Positions 13,832 through 29,044 of a stretch of DNA of 64,000 nt are shown piece by piece (position 1 is the stretch's first letter; each line of letters begins with the position of its first letter). The DNA comes from Balanoglossus misakiensis (lineage: Eukaryota > Animalia > Hemichordata), in the NCBI GenBank assembly GCA_040954595.2, contig CM082577.2, positions 8,085,846 to 8,149,845 of the forward strand. Direction: 5' to 3'. The notes under the pieces were generated by a model that had not been told where the DNA came from, did not search any database, and saw nothing but the letters and a program-made list of their open reading frames with translations. Position numbers and translations under genes: made by a program.

Positions 13832-16800
13832 CGTCCTGTCAATCCCATCATATTATCACATTAAGAACCTTCAAATTACCCTCTTCTGGAACCCATATTA
13901 CACCTTCAAAGCGCCTTTTCTCAAACCGTCCTTATAAATGCAGAATAACCAATTGTCAAACTCACCGCGCAACGGCATGCCGCAGTCTGTCATAGGAACG
14001 TACATGAAAAAAACCTTAGTCGCTAATTAATATGAATAGGCGCACAGTTCGGCTATCTGACCAACAGTTATCACCACATCTCTAACACAGACGAGCTGAA
14101 GTCAAGAATAGCATATAAGGTGCTGATGGCAACGGTGCTAATGATTTACGTCATCAGTCGAAACCGTGGCGTTCCCAGAGATAGTAATCAATGCTTTTAG
14201 CAACGGAAATGGGAACGAAAAGACATATATAGTAGAGACGTGAACACCCCATGAAACTTAAGTACAACTTACAGGCGCTCGCGTGAATCGTAAAATTAAA
14301 GATTCTGGCAATTAATGAGATGCACGGATCACGATAACAATAACATTATATTGTTACAGCTTGCTAGCATGGAAGACCTACTGTTGGCAATCTACACACG
14401 AGTTACTCAAATATTAAGGGACAATAACTGCAACTGTATTGGGCAGTTTTCCTAACCATTCTCGTTGCACTCAAAATGGCGCCTGGAAATGTCGAATAGT
14501 TGGCTTAATTATGAACTGTAAAAATACTGTCTGCATATATATATATACCCTGTGCCGAAAAGCTATAGATACCGGAGCCTTTCAATACCGATCAAAATTG
14601 GGACAATTTCAGAAACGCGGTCAGCTTTCACTCTTGAGTATTAAAGGGTCGTTAAAACCTGCTTTCTGAGATCATATTACATCCTTATGACCGCAATATA
14701 ACCCACAAAATGAAATATCAACGTTTAATATCTTACTCGAGATTACAGATCATTTATTATTTACGATAAAATAACACAGTTAAAACATTTATTTTGCGAA
14801 GACCGGAATTCATTAATAAATTAGGACGTCCGGTTTTTTTTAATGAAGGATGACTTACATTGTATAGCCTTTGATATTTTCTTGATATCTGAAACATGGC
14901 ATTTCTGTGCACTTAAGCCTGTTCCCGTATAATATCATAAGGGAGTCTTTTGATCACACCTTTTCTTTTTATTGGGCGAGGAAAATCATACCTTTTTTGT
15001 AGACACTTCGAGTCCTCACTCATAAACCATGGCAAGGGGAGAAAGTTTGCTTCCTCACACTCTAAGAAGATTTACATATTCCAGGAGTGAAGCACATTTG
15101 AACATCTCTCAATGGAAAGGGCATTGCGATTCCATTAACACTTTTCTCAGAAAATAGATGCAAACCGACACCATATCAAGGTCTTATCAATCCGTTTTGA
15201 CAATGCGAATAAGCCTCTATCAAAATATAATTTTGAAGAATCGTGTTGCGTTTGCTGCAGTGGTTAATTTATGAGCAGGCTTGTCGTTTTATTTAGATCA
15301 TGATATTCTGTGGCATCTAATGCACCCAGTGTTGTAAATTCTATTTTTGCCCCCCCCCCCCTGTATAGTCACATACGTGGGCCCATGCTTTGACGTACCG
15401 ATGTCTTCCTCAGCTGTGCATGTCTGGATTTGTGTCTGTTTTTTTCTGTGTCATCGATATCCTCCTTTGAAGAGACATTTCGCTATTTCTAGACTGCAAA
15501 ATTGCATATTTTATTAACTTGGTATATTTTCAAATTTACTGCATGAAATGTGAATTTGCTACAGATATCGGTCGCAGCTGGAGTGTTTTATAGATAATTG
15601 GCAGTTTCATGGTAATTAAGTATAATTAGCATATTTCACGCGCACGTTAACACAATGCTTGTAAGGACCATAGACATGGAGACGGTTTCTACTTTGTAAA
15701 CCATTTTACTGCAGGGTCCAGGAAGTCAAAGAAACACTGACGAGACGGCGGCCGATCCTACATTGAAATTATTATGAGTCCAGGTCGACAGACAGCTTAC
15801 GGCAGATCACGTTTTGCGAGTGAACGCTTGTCATGTCCATTGACGTGTCCCCTTCCAATTGTCAACACCGATCGCTTAGGCTTCAAAATGTGCATTCAAA
15901 TCATCATTGAGACGACATGGGATGTTCTTTCATGCAGTTCCAATCAGCGATTACAATGTCTTCGAATAATCACAGACAACGGAGGAATGAATATGCCGAA
16001 CTTAGATTTCAGAGGCTCGTTTCCCAGTTGCTTTCAATTGATAGAGATTTTTCTGGCTGTATGCATGTGAACCAATATGCAGACAAGCATTTTATAGGAA
16101 TTCTCAGACGGAAAATTATAGTCCAATGGGTTATATCAGGGAGAAACGCTTGCCAATCTTTATCAATAAAATTCTCTTGTTTGTTCCTGTTTCACTGTAA
16201 ACTAGGAAGAGTGCTGAAAAGCTAAAAGGTAGCATCCGGCATAACATACTGTTCCATACTGCCTACACTCTCAGCAACTTAAGAGCTGAATAATTATGAA
16301 TGTCAATTCTACATTTAAAGCGACATATTTGTCCAACGCGCATTTGTATGAATGAAGTCACTGGTGATGTCTTGTACACTATCTCCCCAAAGCTCCTTTG
16401 CTAGGCAACAGGCGTCGTTAGGCGCCAATCAGTCTAGCAATTACAACGTACATGTATATTCGCTAAATTTTTATTTTGTCCAACTCTTGCCCAACCGTAG
16501 GCGTATCTATGTAGGCTTTTACACGTTGATCTGTTTGGACGCCATCGCTCTTTGTTTCGTATCATTGCTACACGGAAACTCCCTAAGAAAGTATAGCAGT
16601 AGACTATTTGCCACACAATCTTACAATGTTGGAAAATGGATTAATTGCATCCTATGAAATCACTGCCACATTTCAGTAAGAATTTACGCCATAGGCTCAC
16701 ACTGGAAGACGTGTATACTGTGACAAAGACAAACACGTGTCGGTTTTATTTGCACGAGTACAAATGATGGATCCTCTTACATATCTTGTCATTTTTGCGG

Positions 16801-18025
16801 CTGTGCTAATCCCTCCAGGAAGAGTCTCTTTCTCTCTGTCGACGAATGTTAACTAAATGCTATATTATACACAGAAAAGGTCGGGAGGGATGAATGTCCC
16901 AAAGCTGGCTAGAATCTAAGATGGGTGCAGCTTCGTCGTAAATAATAGCAAGACGCCTCATAAACAATGTCCAGTTGTGTTACAATTCCAATTAAGCGTT
17001 TCCGTGGACTCTCCGCATTAATACAGGACTCATATATCACCTTTTAAGACTTACTAGTATTTTATCACGATTGATGTGTTACTTTTGGAGACCCACATTA
17101 TGTCGCCCTGAATGCATGTCCAATTTGAGTGTATGCTTTCTTTCATAAAATCTGTTCCTTTTTTATGGTCGTTAGACGCGAACACTCTTCAACATGGAAA
17201 AGACATTAAGACCTTGTTACCTGTATTTCAAATATCGTGTTAACATTGGATTGTATGTCATTTTCGTGTCGTGTCGTTAATTGACATTTCCTAAATTTGT
17301 CTACTAAACAGTATAACTCAAAAACGGATTGTAGGAAGTCCACCAAATGTTCAAACAATCATACAGTACACATGTATTGATTAACTTTTATGTATAATTC
17401 AAGAGAAGTTCAGATTACAAAGAGCCCACCTTTCCCTAATTAGTTTTCTGAAGACGACTAGATCATGTCTGCCCTGGCGCTGTCAAAGTAGTGGCTGTTG
17501 ACATAGTGAATATAATTTTAGCTTGACAACATTATGGCATGTATATAAAACTGTAATATACATTGTTGTGTTTAACCGCGTACCAACTCTTAGCGATAAG
17601 TGTAGGCAAAATAACAGACTGGCAGTCACAAATGGGACTTGCCGATCCAGGTTATTTGGAGAAAAAATTAACCAAGGTGTGGTTAATGGGTGAAACAGGA
17701 TCTGTCCGTTCACCTTTTCATTTGCATATGAGGAAATTTGATCATTCGTAAATATATACAACATGTCAAGGTCTGTATGTTGAATAGGGCAGCCAGGGGT
17801 TGTATGTGCCGAGTTCGATATAGATGTTACATGTCAACATTTCTATATTTAAAGCTATTTAGCCTCAAATAGCGTTTTGCCTTCCTGCCCTAGCTTCCTG
17901 TATAATTTCTGGAAATCGCTTTGTAGTCGGAAAGAAACGCCATGTACACGGACACATACATGTTATTAGCAGCTAACAAAGTGCACGGTTTTGGCATGAA
18001 CAAGTGAAAGATAATACTGACTCAC

Positions 18026-18230
18026 CAGATCTTAAGTCCCACCTTGTAGGGGCTGGCGCAGATCGCCTGTCTCCCACAAAAAGAGTCCTATATGCACTTT
18101 TTCATCTCCACGTCGTTGCCTTCCTGCAATGACTGACTCGACAATGGCGTGCGTCCGTTTGAACTGTTGAAAAACAGAATCCGAGCTCCTGACACGAAAT
18201 ACGCTGGACCGGAAAAGGAAAAAAAAACGT
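18026..18230 (-). other. Second candidate non-coding first exon (minus strand)
   Basis: Strong donor CTG|GTGAGTCA at 18026/18025, CpG-richer body; no convincing ORF. Confidence 0.3.
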
Positions 18231-21200
18231 CTTCGGTTTTAACCTTAGGATAACGGTGGAAAACGGAGCACTGTCACACACACTGAAATGTAATACTCCG
18301 TATATCGATTCAAGACCTCGACCTTAGTGATCATACGCAGGAAATGGAGATTTTCAGACACGAAGCGTGTACTTAACAAAAGCGTATTAGAAAAAAAGGA
18401 CGTTTCTTCTAATGAAGGCTTCAGATAGACGAATTGGTGCAACTTAGTAAACCCAAAACTGTCCGCAAGGAACGGATTACCGTTGCAACTATACTGTGAA
18501 CCAGAGGAGCGACTCTGAATTCGATGCTCGTGTGCTGCCTAAGGCTAGTGTATATGCGCAGTTGATTTATGAAAAGTCAGCTGACTTGTGATGTAAGGTG
18601 TCACACTCTCTCTCTCCGTCTCCCCTACCCTCTCCTCCTCCATCACCGAATTTATCATGTTTGGCTATGTTTTCCCACCTTTCCAAGACAAAATCATATT
18701 CAACAAATATCATTTATAATAAGCACATGTTTAGCACAAGGCATAAAACGTAATGCGATTAACATGGAGATTATTATAGTGCACATCGGCCTGTACAGCA
18801 TTTAGATTATTGTTTGAGCTTGGCTCATTTCCCATTCAAAAACGCAGTGACTGATAACGCCGAAGGCGTTCGCTTCAAATTTCATGATTCAACCGTAATG
18901 TGGACTTGCTGAGTGACGTCATGATGTAAACGGAGACCAATCATAAAGCTGATAATGAAAGTGCTTTGACATTTCTTTGACCAGCATTAACCTGTTGCCC
19001 TTATCATCACAGAATTACGAGTAAATCGTCAACCATCTGCTTCCATAGACCGAAGTTATTTGAAACCAAGATTAATCAGGTCTGGGCAAAGAACGCTCGT
19101 TATTTCTCGTTCCATATGTCAGCCGATAAGAGTAACAACTTCTTTATTATAAAATACCAAATGTAAGATGTATTTGCTTTAAAACGATTCCGGTTTCTGG
19201 TTTCAGTAAACCAAACTACATTAGAGTGAAATTCAAACACTCGGTTTTATGAATATGTAAGGTTTTGGGTATGATGTTGTCTTTCATGGGCCCAGGGGCT
19301 TTATGCTACATCGCCTATACTATCTCCTGTGAGGTCTCAATCATGCAATATATTAAAAGTACAGAAAATAATGGTCCTTTTTGCCATTCGTAATTTATGA
19401 ATATTTTAGAGAACGTGTAATAACACTTCATGAGTGGTTCTGTAAAAAAAATTGCATTGGCACCACATACCTGTATGTATCAATTCACGCCGATTCAGCT
19501 AGAGTGTGATTTATTTCTTATTGTAACGTGCTTGAAAATATCTTTCCTACACTACACTACATCATCCATCCACTTTCCTGTTTTAATTCATCAGAATTTC
19601 AATTTCTCTCTTATAAAGGTCTACATCTGTACATACATACAGCTGGATTGCATAACAATCAATAACATTTCCAACTATACGCAGGTGTTCTTTCGAATTG
19701 ATTTCATAATTCTTACCCTTCATGGCAGACAGGCGAAAGGGGGCAGCTGTTTTCAGACATATTATAGATTATTTTATACTCCCTGTTAACGTTTGGCACT
19801 GGAAATGCTATAGTTAAATTCGAAGACATTTTATCCACAAAGAGCAGATAGCTATATTTATTTAGACATTCGCGCACATTCACCTTGTCGCAGGTTTACA
19901 AGTCTCTCGGGATTAACAACAGTTGTCCACCCCAAAATACAGTGAGAAACTGCCGCTTGTAGTGCATAGGACTGTATTGAACCGAAAGTCTCAATTTTGG
20001 CGTATTTCTTGAATGTGTATATACGCGGATTTTCATGTGTAGTATGTAGCTGAAAAGTGCAAGAGCAACATTTATGCGTAGTTGTGAAATAACACTCCAG
20101 CACGATCACACTGACTATTATTAATTTGCCGCCGAACATGCAGATATACTTAGAAAAGGAATATTCCTTGGGAGTTTAATTTACTAGAAGGACATAAGAG
20201 TTAATCATGAAAATTAATATACCGGGATAATATATTACCAAGGCTGACATTCCCCAAAGTCAAAGTTGATTGACGCCGCTCCGCACTTTCTACTATGAAA
20301 GATTCGTAAATTATGATTAAGGTAGTATTCGCCTCGAAAATCAGATTACATTTTGTAGCATTCTGCTCAAGGCAACTTTAGATTATTTTCTCTTAAAATG
20401 AGGATAAAATTTGGGGATCACCGCGTAAAATTTGGACTGGGAGAACTGATGAATTGTCTAAACTTTGAATTTCAAAATGGCCGCCATTCTCTATGCGCAA
20501 TGGTTTTGGGCCGTGACATTGACTGTCCCGTCGACTTCGCAAATGCCAATTCTCGGCGGAACTAGCACAGCACTGTTTATTACATTTGATACACTTCTGT
20601 TATTAAAAACAGGACATTCTTAGGTCAAGGAAAACCTTTGTTATAGCTACAAGCGTTTATGAAAACGTTATAACCGGGCCGCTGCCGGAAGCAACGTCCG
20701 TGAAGCACGGCATTTATGCGAGTGCCGGCCGTGGCGTAATTAAAAAGGAGACTGTATGAGCGCCGGTAAATCACGTCGGTTATTAATTTAGAGATTTGCA
20801 TTAAATTGTATTTCTTTACGACCTCGATCAAATAATCACTCCATTTAATAAAGACCCAATTTATAAGCCCATTTAAGATATTAATACTGGGTTACACGAA
20901 ATCTTACATTTACTGATCTGGCTTGTTGCCGACGGTAACGATATGATTACTTGATACATATACACACCATTATGGCTTGTGTGTCGTTTGAGCAATAATC
21001 ATCCCAGCTACGAAAACAAATTATCAGCTACGTCGTACACAACAAATAGTTCTCGAGGTGGAAGATGGCTGCCGTTTGCAGTGGCCATGTTGGATCAAAT
21101 CGTGTCGTGTGGCAAAGAGGTCTGAGAGATAAACTCATTTCAACGCATAGCAGAGTTTACATCATGTCATCCCCGAACAACTTTAACACGTCAAAGTCTT

Positions 21201-24200
21201 TAACTCCAATGCATACAGCAACCCATATTTACTCAATCTAGATTTTTTCCGCAAGAGCTCGTTTAGTTTTAAGCATAAAGTGAACTTTTTGTGTAGAAAA
21301 ATGCGAAACTCCAAAACCGCCCGATGAAATAAGTATGAATTCGCACGTTTGTTAACGCACTCCGTTCCTTCTTCTCGGCTGTTTGCACTATACGTAGACT
21401 TAATTTAAAACAACTTGTCGGTGCCATTTTGCTATTGGTCGATTAAACGATGATGAAGTGATCCTTCGTGGATGGATTGCTGTTACTGATACAAGTATAC
21501 CGTCTATTGACCCCAATCGTAAGAGTCAGAGGAGGTCTGGCGTATTCGCGAATTACCGCGGAAGATGGTTTCAAGAACAGCGACGAACAAGAAGATACAG
21601 GCGAAGTAGTGCCTTTTCATTTGTCAATCACTATAGTGATAAATTTGCTGCATCTATACTACGTTCATTTCTGTGATCTTTTTAACCTTTAACTACTAGT
21701 ATTCTTCCAATGTAGCTCATTTATTGCATACGACGCGTCGTGCCTTGTGTTTACAAACGTTTTTCTCTTAAAATTAAAACCTCTTATGGGAGCGGACTTT
21801 CAGTGTGTTGGCTATATTATCACCAAAGCCCTCATACGCCGCAGTTAACCCTGTGTGCACAACGACGTGGACAACAAAAGCTAGTCCCTGATTCGAGTCA
21901 GAAATACAGTCTTGCCTAAGCTTAGAAATCCTTGAAAACATCGATGTAAAGGTGTCCCCCCTCTTAAATCTAACTGTACAGAGAGCGGTCAGAGTAATCA
22001 GAGATATATGGAATTCGTTTTATGGGGAAACGCCATGAGCGCTTGTGTTTGGCGTGTGATTCTTCGCCCACAGAATAAAACTTCAAAGGATCTCTAAGTG
22101 GCCGGGGAGATGCTTTACCACATAATCTTAATCGCCAATTTTAGGAGCTTTGATTGAATGGAGACTTCTGGGAAATAGAAGGCGTAGACGGCAACGAGAT
22201 TCCTGAGCATCAGTATTCACAATTTAGAAATAGCTGTTCTTAGTCATATAACAGCTGAATCGATTATCCACGCAAATCCCCTGTTAGAAATTCACCATTT
22301 GAAACACAAACGCAAACCGGCTCCCGTTTCGCGGCCACTCATAACTCCCAGGGTATCAATTTTCTCTCGAAAACTCGAAACTGTGCAACAATGTAAGACT
22401 GAACATACACGTTTGAGGTTCGCCCATAGAAAGTGGATTCTCAATCTCAATGCGTGAACTCTCTGGTAAATATCAGACTGTCATGAATACACACAAGAAA
22501 TCATATCTTTGCTAAAAAGACGGGATAATCCTACCTTATGCATGTACTTCATAAAACAGACATTCCATGTCATATTTCTATGTGTAATCACGGTAAAAGC
22601 TCTATGACAGTAAGATCCGTTTAAGTTGCAGGCGACACTAGGCTTGACGTATTGTAAACTTTCTGTCACCACGGGGGCAGGGGATGGAGATGTGTCATCT
22701 AACAGTGATATCTAACAATGGCAAACCTCTAAGCCAAATGATCATGATATAGCGAACGTATACGCAGGTCTTTAGTTCGCCAATTACATTGTGTTTTAGA
22801 AAAACGAGATATAATATGGTAGACGGAGAGCCGGTGGTAAACACCGGGTTATTTTTAGTTTCCCAACACAACTAACTATCCATATAAATTTCCACGACCA
22901 TGGTTAACAGTAATAACAACTTCTTGCTACACTGCTAACTTCTCATGATTGTCAACTCCGCACTGAACGAGTATAGGCATAGGCAGTAGAGGGGGGTTAA
23001 TCTCGTACTATGACTTATATTCCTCAAACGTTATTTCTTGACGTGTTTGCTTCCTTGATACCTCGCGGCTTTCACGTCGTCAAAGTCATACAGTGAACAT
23101 TTACCGGTAAGCGTTGCTCATTTATTTTTTAAATGGCTGGTAGCCTTGCGGCCATTCTGGATTTCAAATGTATAAAATCAATTAAGAGTGGACTGTTACC
23201 GCGGTTGCTGTTATTAATGTCCCTTATTTTTCTCTGACTTGAAATTTGCTACCCAACATTACGTGGGTGGGGGGGGGGGGTTAGGCAAAATTCCAGTTGA
23301 ATTTTACGCCTAAAATATTTTTCATTTACGTGGTCCTCCCACCCCAATGCCCGCAATTCGGAATATCCCGTATCTTTTTAACTCCTAGTTTATTCTAGTA
23401 AGGTTGTGTAAGATAGTTTATTAAGGATTTTCACACCTCTGAAAATAATGATAAGCCGTTCTGAAACTCGAGACCAACGCTGTGTCTCGGCAAGGGAAGT
23501 GCGTAAGTGACGTCATCGTCGGCGTGTATTTTTAATATCATATCCCCGCGGTATTGGAGAGATTCGCGATAGAAAAAAAACGAAGAAAATCCAAGTAGAA
23601 GATTATTCAACTTAAAGATTATACAAGGAACGTATACATGGTCAACTCCGTGTTCAACGTGTAAATGCTGTGAATATTACTTCTGCAATAAAACGTCTCG
23701 AAGCGTTAAACACGCAGTAACCATGGTACCAACAGAGAGGCTTGGCACGTAACATACTATGATGAGTGTACAAGATACACATGTATATAGTGATCCGTCT
23801 TTGAGAATTCTCCGTTAATTACTAAATTCCCAATCATTTTAAAGCATTCATTTTCTGCAGATCGCGGGGGGGGGGGGGGGGGGCGATTGAAAACCGAAAC
23901 TACAGCTTCTGTTCATACCACCTCAACATTTTACTTCCATCACATAGACAACGCGGACACGAATGCAGCCATGTTTTTTTTTTTTACATTTAAGACGCCC
24001 CCAGGCGATGTAATGGAAAAACCCAACAATCAGTGTTGTCTGCAGAATAATCTGAGTTTCTACAAAAGCACTTCATCATTCAGTGCTTCTTTGTAAAAAT
24101 TAAACTTCTGTCACTATATGTAAAGCATTTTGTTGCTATTTGAGTGCATCTCAACAAGAACGACGAAAACTCCGACAACTCATTTCCAGTTCAGACAAAG

Positions 24201-25161
24201 TCATTCAGCCTGCTTATACTTATGGGATTTTTCAATTGGTACGAGGGGAGATTTGTAGCGTAGCTTACTTCCGTTAAGATCAGTCAAAATTCTTTCGCCC
24301 TTGAACCCCAGAAAGGAGAGGCATCTGTTTTTCTAAAGAGGTGGTAATCGCGCGAAGATGATTCAGTTGTTCTAATACACTGTCGCAGATGGCTTTAGAC
24401 TTGTTTGGGAGAACTTTATTCGTTGCGAAACCGTGATGTTTAGAAATTCAGTGCAAACCCAATCAAACGCGTCAGTACAACATAGTGCGAACATATATAT
24501 TCAGAAAGCGGACAACCTATAAAAATAATTGAAACTTTAATGTAGTTATTACGAAAAAGATTGAAAGGTAGTGAGTGATTCAGTTGGTATATTTACATGT
24601 AAATGACTTGTTTGGGTAGGTGACAGGCAAACTCGTAATTCGAAGGTCCACCAATCAATGTATGACGAACAATTCACTTTACGCATACATAGGCCAACAG
24701 CACAAGAATTGCGTTTGGTAAAAATTGGTTCAAACATAATTGCATTTCAAAAGAGCGAATTTCAGGGAATATTTGTGTTTTTCATTTGTCATAGTCACAC
24801 AGTAGATTTTAGGTGGAAACGCTCAAAATAACTCGCAAAGCTTCCCCTTGACAACGTTGTTTACCTAGACGCAGATGGTTGTCAAGGAGTGTCTCAAGTG
24901 TCATATTGGAGACTGTTTTGAAATCGTCCGTCAATAAAATAACATTTCAAGGCTTGGGTAATAGCCTTTGTGTCAAATAACAAGGTTGATAATTTTGGTC
25001 TTTTTGCATTTACGCAAAAAAAAATATTTTGCGCGAAGAAAATCTGTATCGCTGTCTAACCTTTGGTACCCATGTATTATGTTATCTTCATGGCCTGTCA
25101 GCATGTTTATGTTTTGTATAATTATAACCCTTTTGTCAGGTAGCATCATCCCCACCCACCC

Positions 25162-25296
25162 CAATCTGATTAAAATCAGATGTAGGGAACGGCGACGTGT
25201 TTTTTTTATGCTGTCGCCTACACCTGCGCCTACAGTGTGAGGCGACAGCATAAAAAAACACGTCGCCGTTCCCTACATCTGATTTTAATCAGATTG
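25162..25296. mobile_element. Foldback MITE, ~57-bp TIRs, 9-bp TSD (Mutator-like)
   Basis: 25162-25219 is the reverse complement of 25240-25296 except for one T in a homopolymer; CACCCACCC flanks both sides (25153-25161, 25297-25305). Confidence 0.9.
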
Positions 25297-27141
25297 CACC
25301 CACCCTAGACTTGAAAATCTTACGCTTGTCACATTGGCACTACTTTCTCCCAGCAATAACGGAAGTAAATAAAAAAGAGTAAACGGTGACTGTTTGTAGT
25401 TTCATTTCACGATTCCTACGATACATCACGGTTCAGTTAGAATGCTTTCTGCCAATAAATATTCATGCTTAGGGGCAAGGCCGTACATTACAATTTCCGG
25501 AATGCTCTTTAGTTTGCTTATTTGATCACATCACGTGATGGGGTTTGACTGCATCAGTCTACTTTGAATAAAACGTTCATTTCCTGTGTCTCTCCGAATG
25601 GTGTGATGGGCAAGCCAATATCAGTTTCTGTCGAGGCGCGTGGAAATCAGGGAAGAGAGAAGGGTTCTATAGCGTCATTTCCTAACAAGCGATTAACCGG
25701 CGTAGGATTTGGAGTCAGGATTTCAGTGGATTTCCTGTGTGACGTATTCTCTACAAACGCGCCAGATAAAACCCTAGAACGAACTGCCTCTAGTCAGGCA
25801 GTTCATAGACATCAAATTGTCACGCATCCCCGCTCAAAAGATATATATAACAAGGTACCTTGTAAATTGTGCAAGAACATAGCTTAATAAGAATCATACG
25901 ATTCTCTCAGGCTTTTGAAGGTAGCGTTCCTTTGTGTCAGGAGAGAGTGGACAAAGAAACGATGACAGTGTCATGTGGACCTACTTTTAAAGGCGATTTC
26001 GATAGCTGGACACGTACGTGTTTCCTGAAACCAGTTTTAAAATAGGGCAATCCAGCTTTTCGTGAATTGTCAATTTTGCCAAAATTCGCCATTTATAGTG
26101 ATTCCAGGCGATTTTGTGAAGAAGATCTCGGGCGACCTACTTCTTACGACCCGACGAACAGTTGAAATCGCCCTGCTGGAACATATAGATCAGACAAATT
26201 TCTGTTGTATTGACTTGGAAACATAATATCAGGAGTGATTCGACAAAGCGATAAGTCTAGACTGATTTCGAATAAAGAATAGTGGATGCTTCAGAGTTGT
26301 TCACTGAATTGGAATCATTGATTGCGATGACAAATTTGCACAGACATGTTTGATTGCGGAAATCCTCACTATTGCTTAGTTTGGCTGTTTTGATGATATA
26401 CCTATGTCTTTTCGCTAATTATTTGACAGATGTAGGTAGCAAGTATTATCAATCTCAGACTCTAAACTTGGAAGGAATATTAAAAGTTTCTCAAATGCCG
26501 ACCAATGGCAAAGGCGGGTAGTTCGCCCAACGATATCCAAAGAGTCAATGAAACTGGTCCACTATTATTTTATGGTGCCCGCGTATAGATAGTCCATCCT
26601 TGTGACATTTGAAGCGCGTTCACTTTCTGAACTTTGCGTGAACCAGTCAAACAGGTCAATTTAACTGTAGACTATCTCGAACCTCTATGATGAAATGTAA
26701 TCCAGCCTTAGGGCTGCCGCTGATAAACTGTACGCAGAATACTCAAATTTCTAGAGTCCTACCTCTCCAGATAAATCAACAAACGAGTTGAAGAAGAAAA
26801 CCGTTCGTTTTACCTGTAAGACAATTTGATGCTAAACATCCATCATGATCGTTTTCTGCATTTTGTAATCCTTTATATTTTTTTTCCCAGATGATAATTA
26901 GCAAACAGGGATTTTCTATGTGGGAGATTATGTTCTGTCGTGTGGGCCTAGGGCAAGTCTTCTATCAAAATGGCTGCCTTTGGGAAGCATTAATCAGGTT
27001 GTTTGTCTGAATCTGTCCGATTACCATGGTTACATCTGGTGTTTTACGTGAAGCGCGATGCGTGCTCACTTTCTGACGTCACCAACGGCCGTACGTCTTG
27101 AGGTACACATATCTTTAATTTGCTAACAGTAGACACAACTG

Positions 27142-27571
27142 TAGTCTCGGTTACCCAGAGCCCTCTGCTTCTTCCGTTAGGCACTCCATGCAGAAAGAGG
27201 GTCTGGGGAAACCCGGTAGACAAACCGTCAGGCGGAATCGGGACAGCTGCGATGCATGACGGGAGATTAATATTCCAAAATGGCGACGTCCTGCGCGCGA
27301 ACCCACGGCCGACATGTATGACATACGATAAAGAAAACATGCTGAGAAGTGCTAGACCTGCTAAAACTGTATACAAATTGAAAAGAGGGAGAGAAGTTTG
27401 GTAAATAGTTTTCTAATATCGTCATATCATAATATCGTATCGAATATTAATCTCCCGTCATGCATCGCAGCTGTCCCGATTCCGCCTGACGGTTTGTCTA
27501 CCGGGTTTCCCCAGACCCTCTTTCTGGAGTGCCTAACGGAAGAAGCAGAGGGCTCTGGGTAACCGAGACTA
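27142..27571. mobile_element. Foldback MITE, ~130-bp TIRs (TAGTCTCG termini), 9-bp TSD (Mutator-like)
   Basis: 27142-27275 and 27442-27571 are inverted copies differing by a 4-nt indel; TSD ACACAACTG at 27133-27141 and 27572-27580. Confidence 0.93.
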
Positions 27572-28708
27572 ACACAACTGGTGTTAAAGTGGCAGGCGAC
27601 AAGGCAACTTCATGACCCCTACGTGACCTTACATCCTTGTACTTCCGGTGGTTTGGGGTTGTCAAAAATGAACATTTTGGTACAAGAAATGTGAAAAAGA
27701 ATCGTCTTGGTAAATCAGTAGTTATGTCTTGACTGCAGCTGCATTTAAAGAGTTTTTTTTGTAGAATTTTTCACAGGACCGGGATTTGAAGCCAAGAGAA
27801 GTACGAGGATGTACACTAAGGTCATGTAGGGGTCATGAAGATGGCCTATTGCCCATCGTTTGTTGTCTGTGTTACCTGCGAGGCTTTCACCGTCCCTGGT
27901 TTGCAACTTATATCTGATTCTCTGCCATACACCAACGTCCCTATGGCAGAACACAGAACCGGTATAGCATTGAGAATAGAGCTACATGTACACTCGCTAA
28001 CTACTTTGCTCTCCCTTGTGAACTAAGCTTCGTGATAACGCATTGTGGTAAAAACGTATCGGCCATGCGGGCCTCGGAGTCTTACAGCAAACTGTGTACG
28101 CTAATTCTCCCTGTACTCGGTTGCATACTACTGATAGTACTGCATGCGTGGGTTTACCTGCGAGTCGCCTTCGGATGCACATTTTCCTGCAAAGAAAGCC
28201 GTGATGAATAACATAAAGGTCATTAGAAACGTTGAGGTGTTTGTTAAAGATCCTGTAATTTCATTATCGCACTGCTAAGGCCCCTATATTGACTGTAAAT
28301 TTATTCTCTTTATTGAGGCATGTTAAATCTCAACTAAATGCATCTTTACAGCTCTGATAAAGCCAGGTTAAAAGACAGTAGCCCTGTCTCACGTCTGTCT
28401 GTACAGATCTGTGTTGGTGTCAAGATGTTTGTCTGTCTGTCGGCCTCTGACTCTTAGCTTTCTGATTGTTCTCCAAGATTTCGATTTGAACAAACCAATC
28501 ACAAATAAGGACTTCAAATCAATATGCTGCTGATGTACGAATAAATTAAGTAACGACGAAAAAGGATCGCGTTATTTTCTTTGATGATGTTGTCAGAAGA
28601 CCTTAGTAGAACGGCTGCCCAAACATGGTCAGGTTGATTCAGCAGTTTGCCACTTGGGGGCGCTATTGAAAGATAACTGCACACGAATGTACGCCATCAG
28701 CGATGTAT

Positions 28709-28732
28709 CAATCTGATTAAAATCATCTGTAG
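28709..28732. repeat. Solo terminus of the 25162-25296 MITE family
   Basis: CAATCTGATTAAAATCATCTGTAG matches the left TIR start with 2 mismatches. Confidence 0.65.
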
Positions 28733-28896
28733 AGATAGGCAGAGTCTTGCCGCGCTGTACGTTTTCGTTGGAGGTGTTTGGTGGCGCTCTTCACTGAAAA
28801 GTCGAATGGAATGTCCAGAACGGTGGCGCTCTGTATTTGCATGTCCAAAACTTGATTGCAGAGGATTCAATCCTGAATACATTTATGTCAATAAAA

Positions 28897-29044
28897 TGGC
28901 AAACATGGCATATCTGAGTATTCTAAAGAACGTATGGTAGCCCCTTTTTCACTTGTGCCGCCCACTGAAAATCTGTAATTGGCTAGATCTCAGTTTGCCA
29001 TGCCAACTGTAGCTAATTTTCCATAGATGACCGTGTATCTTTAA
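28897..29044 (+). repeat. Interspersed repeat, copy 2
   Basis: Diverged direct copy of 2576-2737. Confidence 0.75.

Noticed and set aside
21440-21692. Overlapping short ORFs with exon-like composition
   Set aside because: No domain similarity and no convincing splice-site pair.
24702-24718. 16-nt match (CCAAACGCAATTCTTG, minus strand) to the 3' part of miR-219-5p
   Set aside because: Seed region absent and no hairpin partner seen.
25920-26810. Stretch that looks like decayed coding sequence (possible transposase relic between the two MITEs)
   Set aside because: Stops in all frames examined and no recognisable motif; would need tBLASTx against a repeat library.
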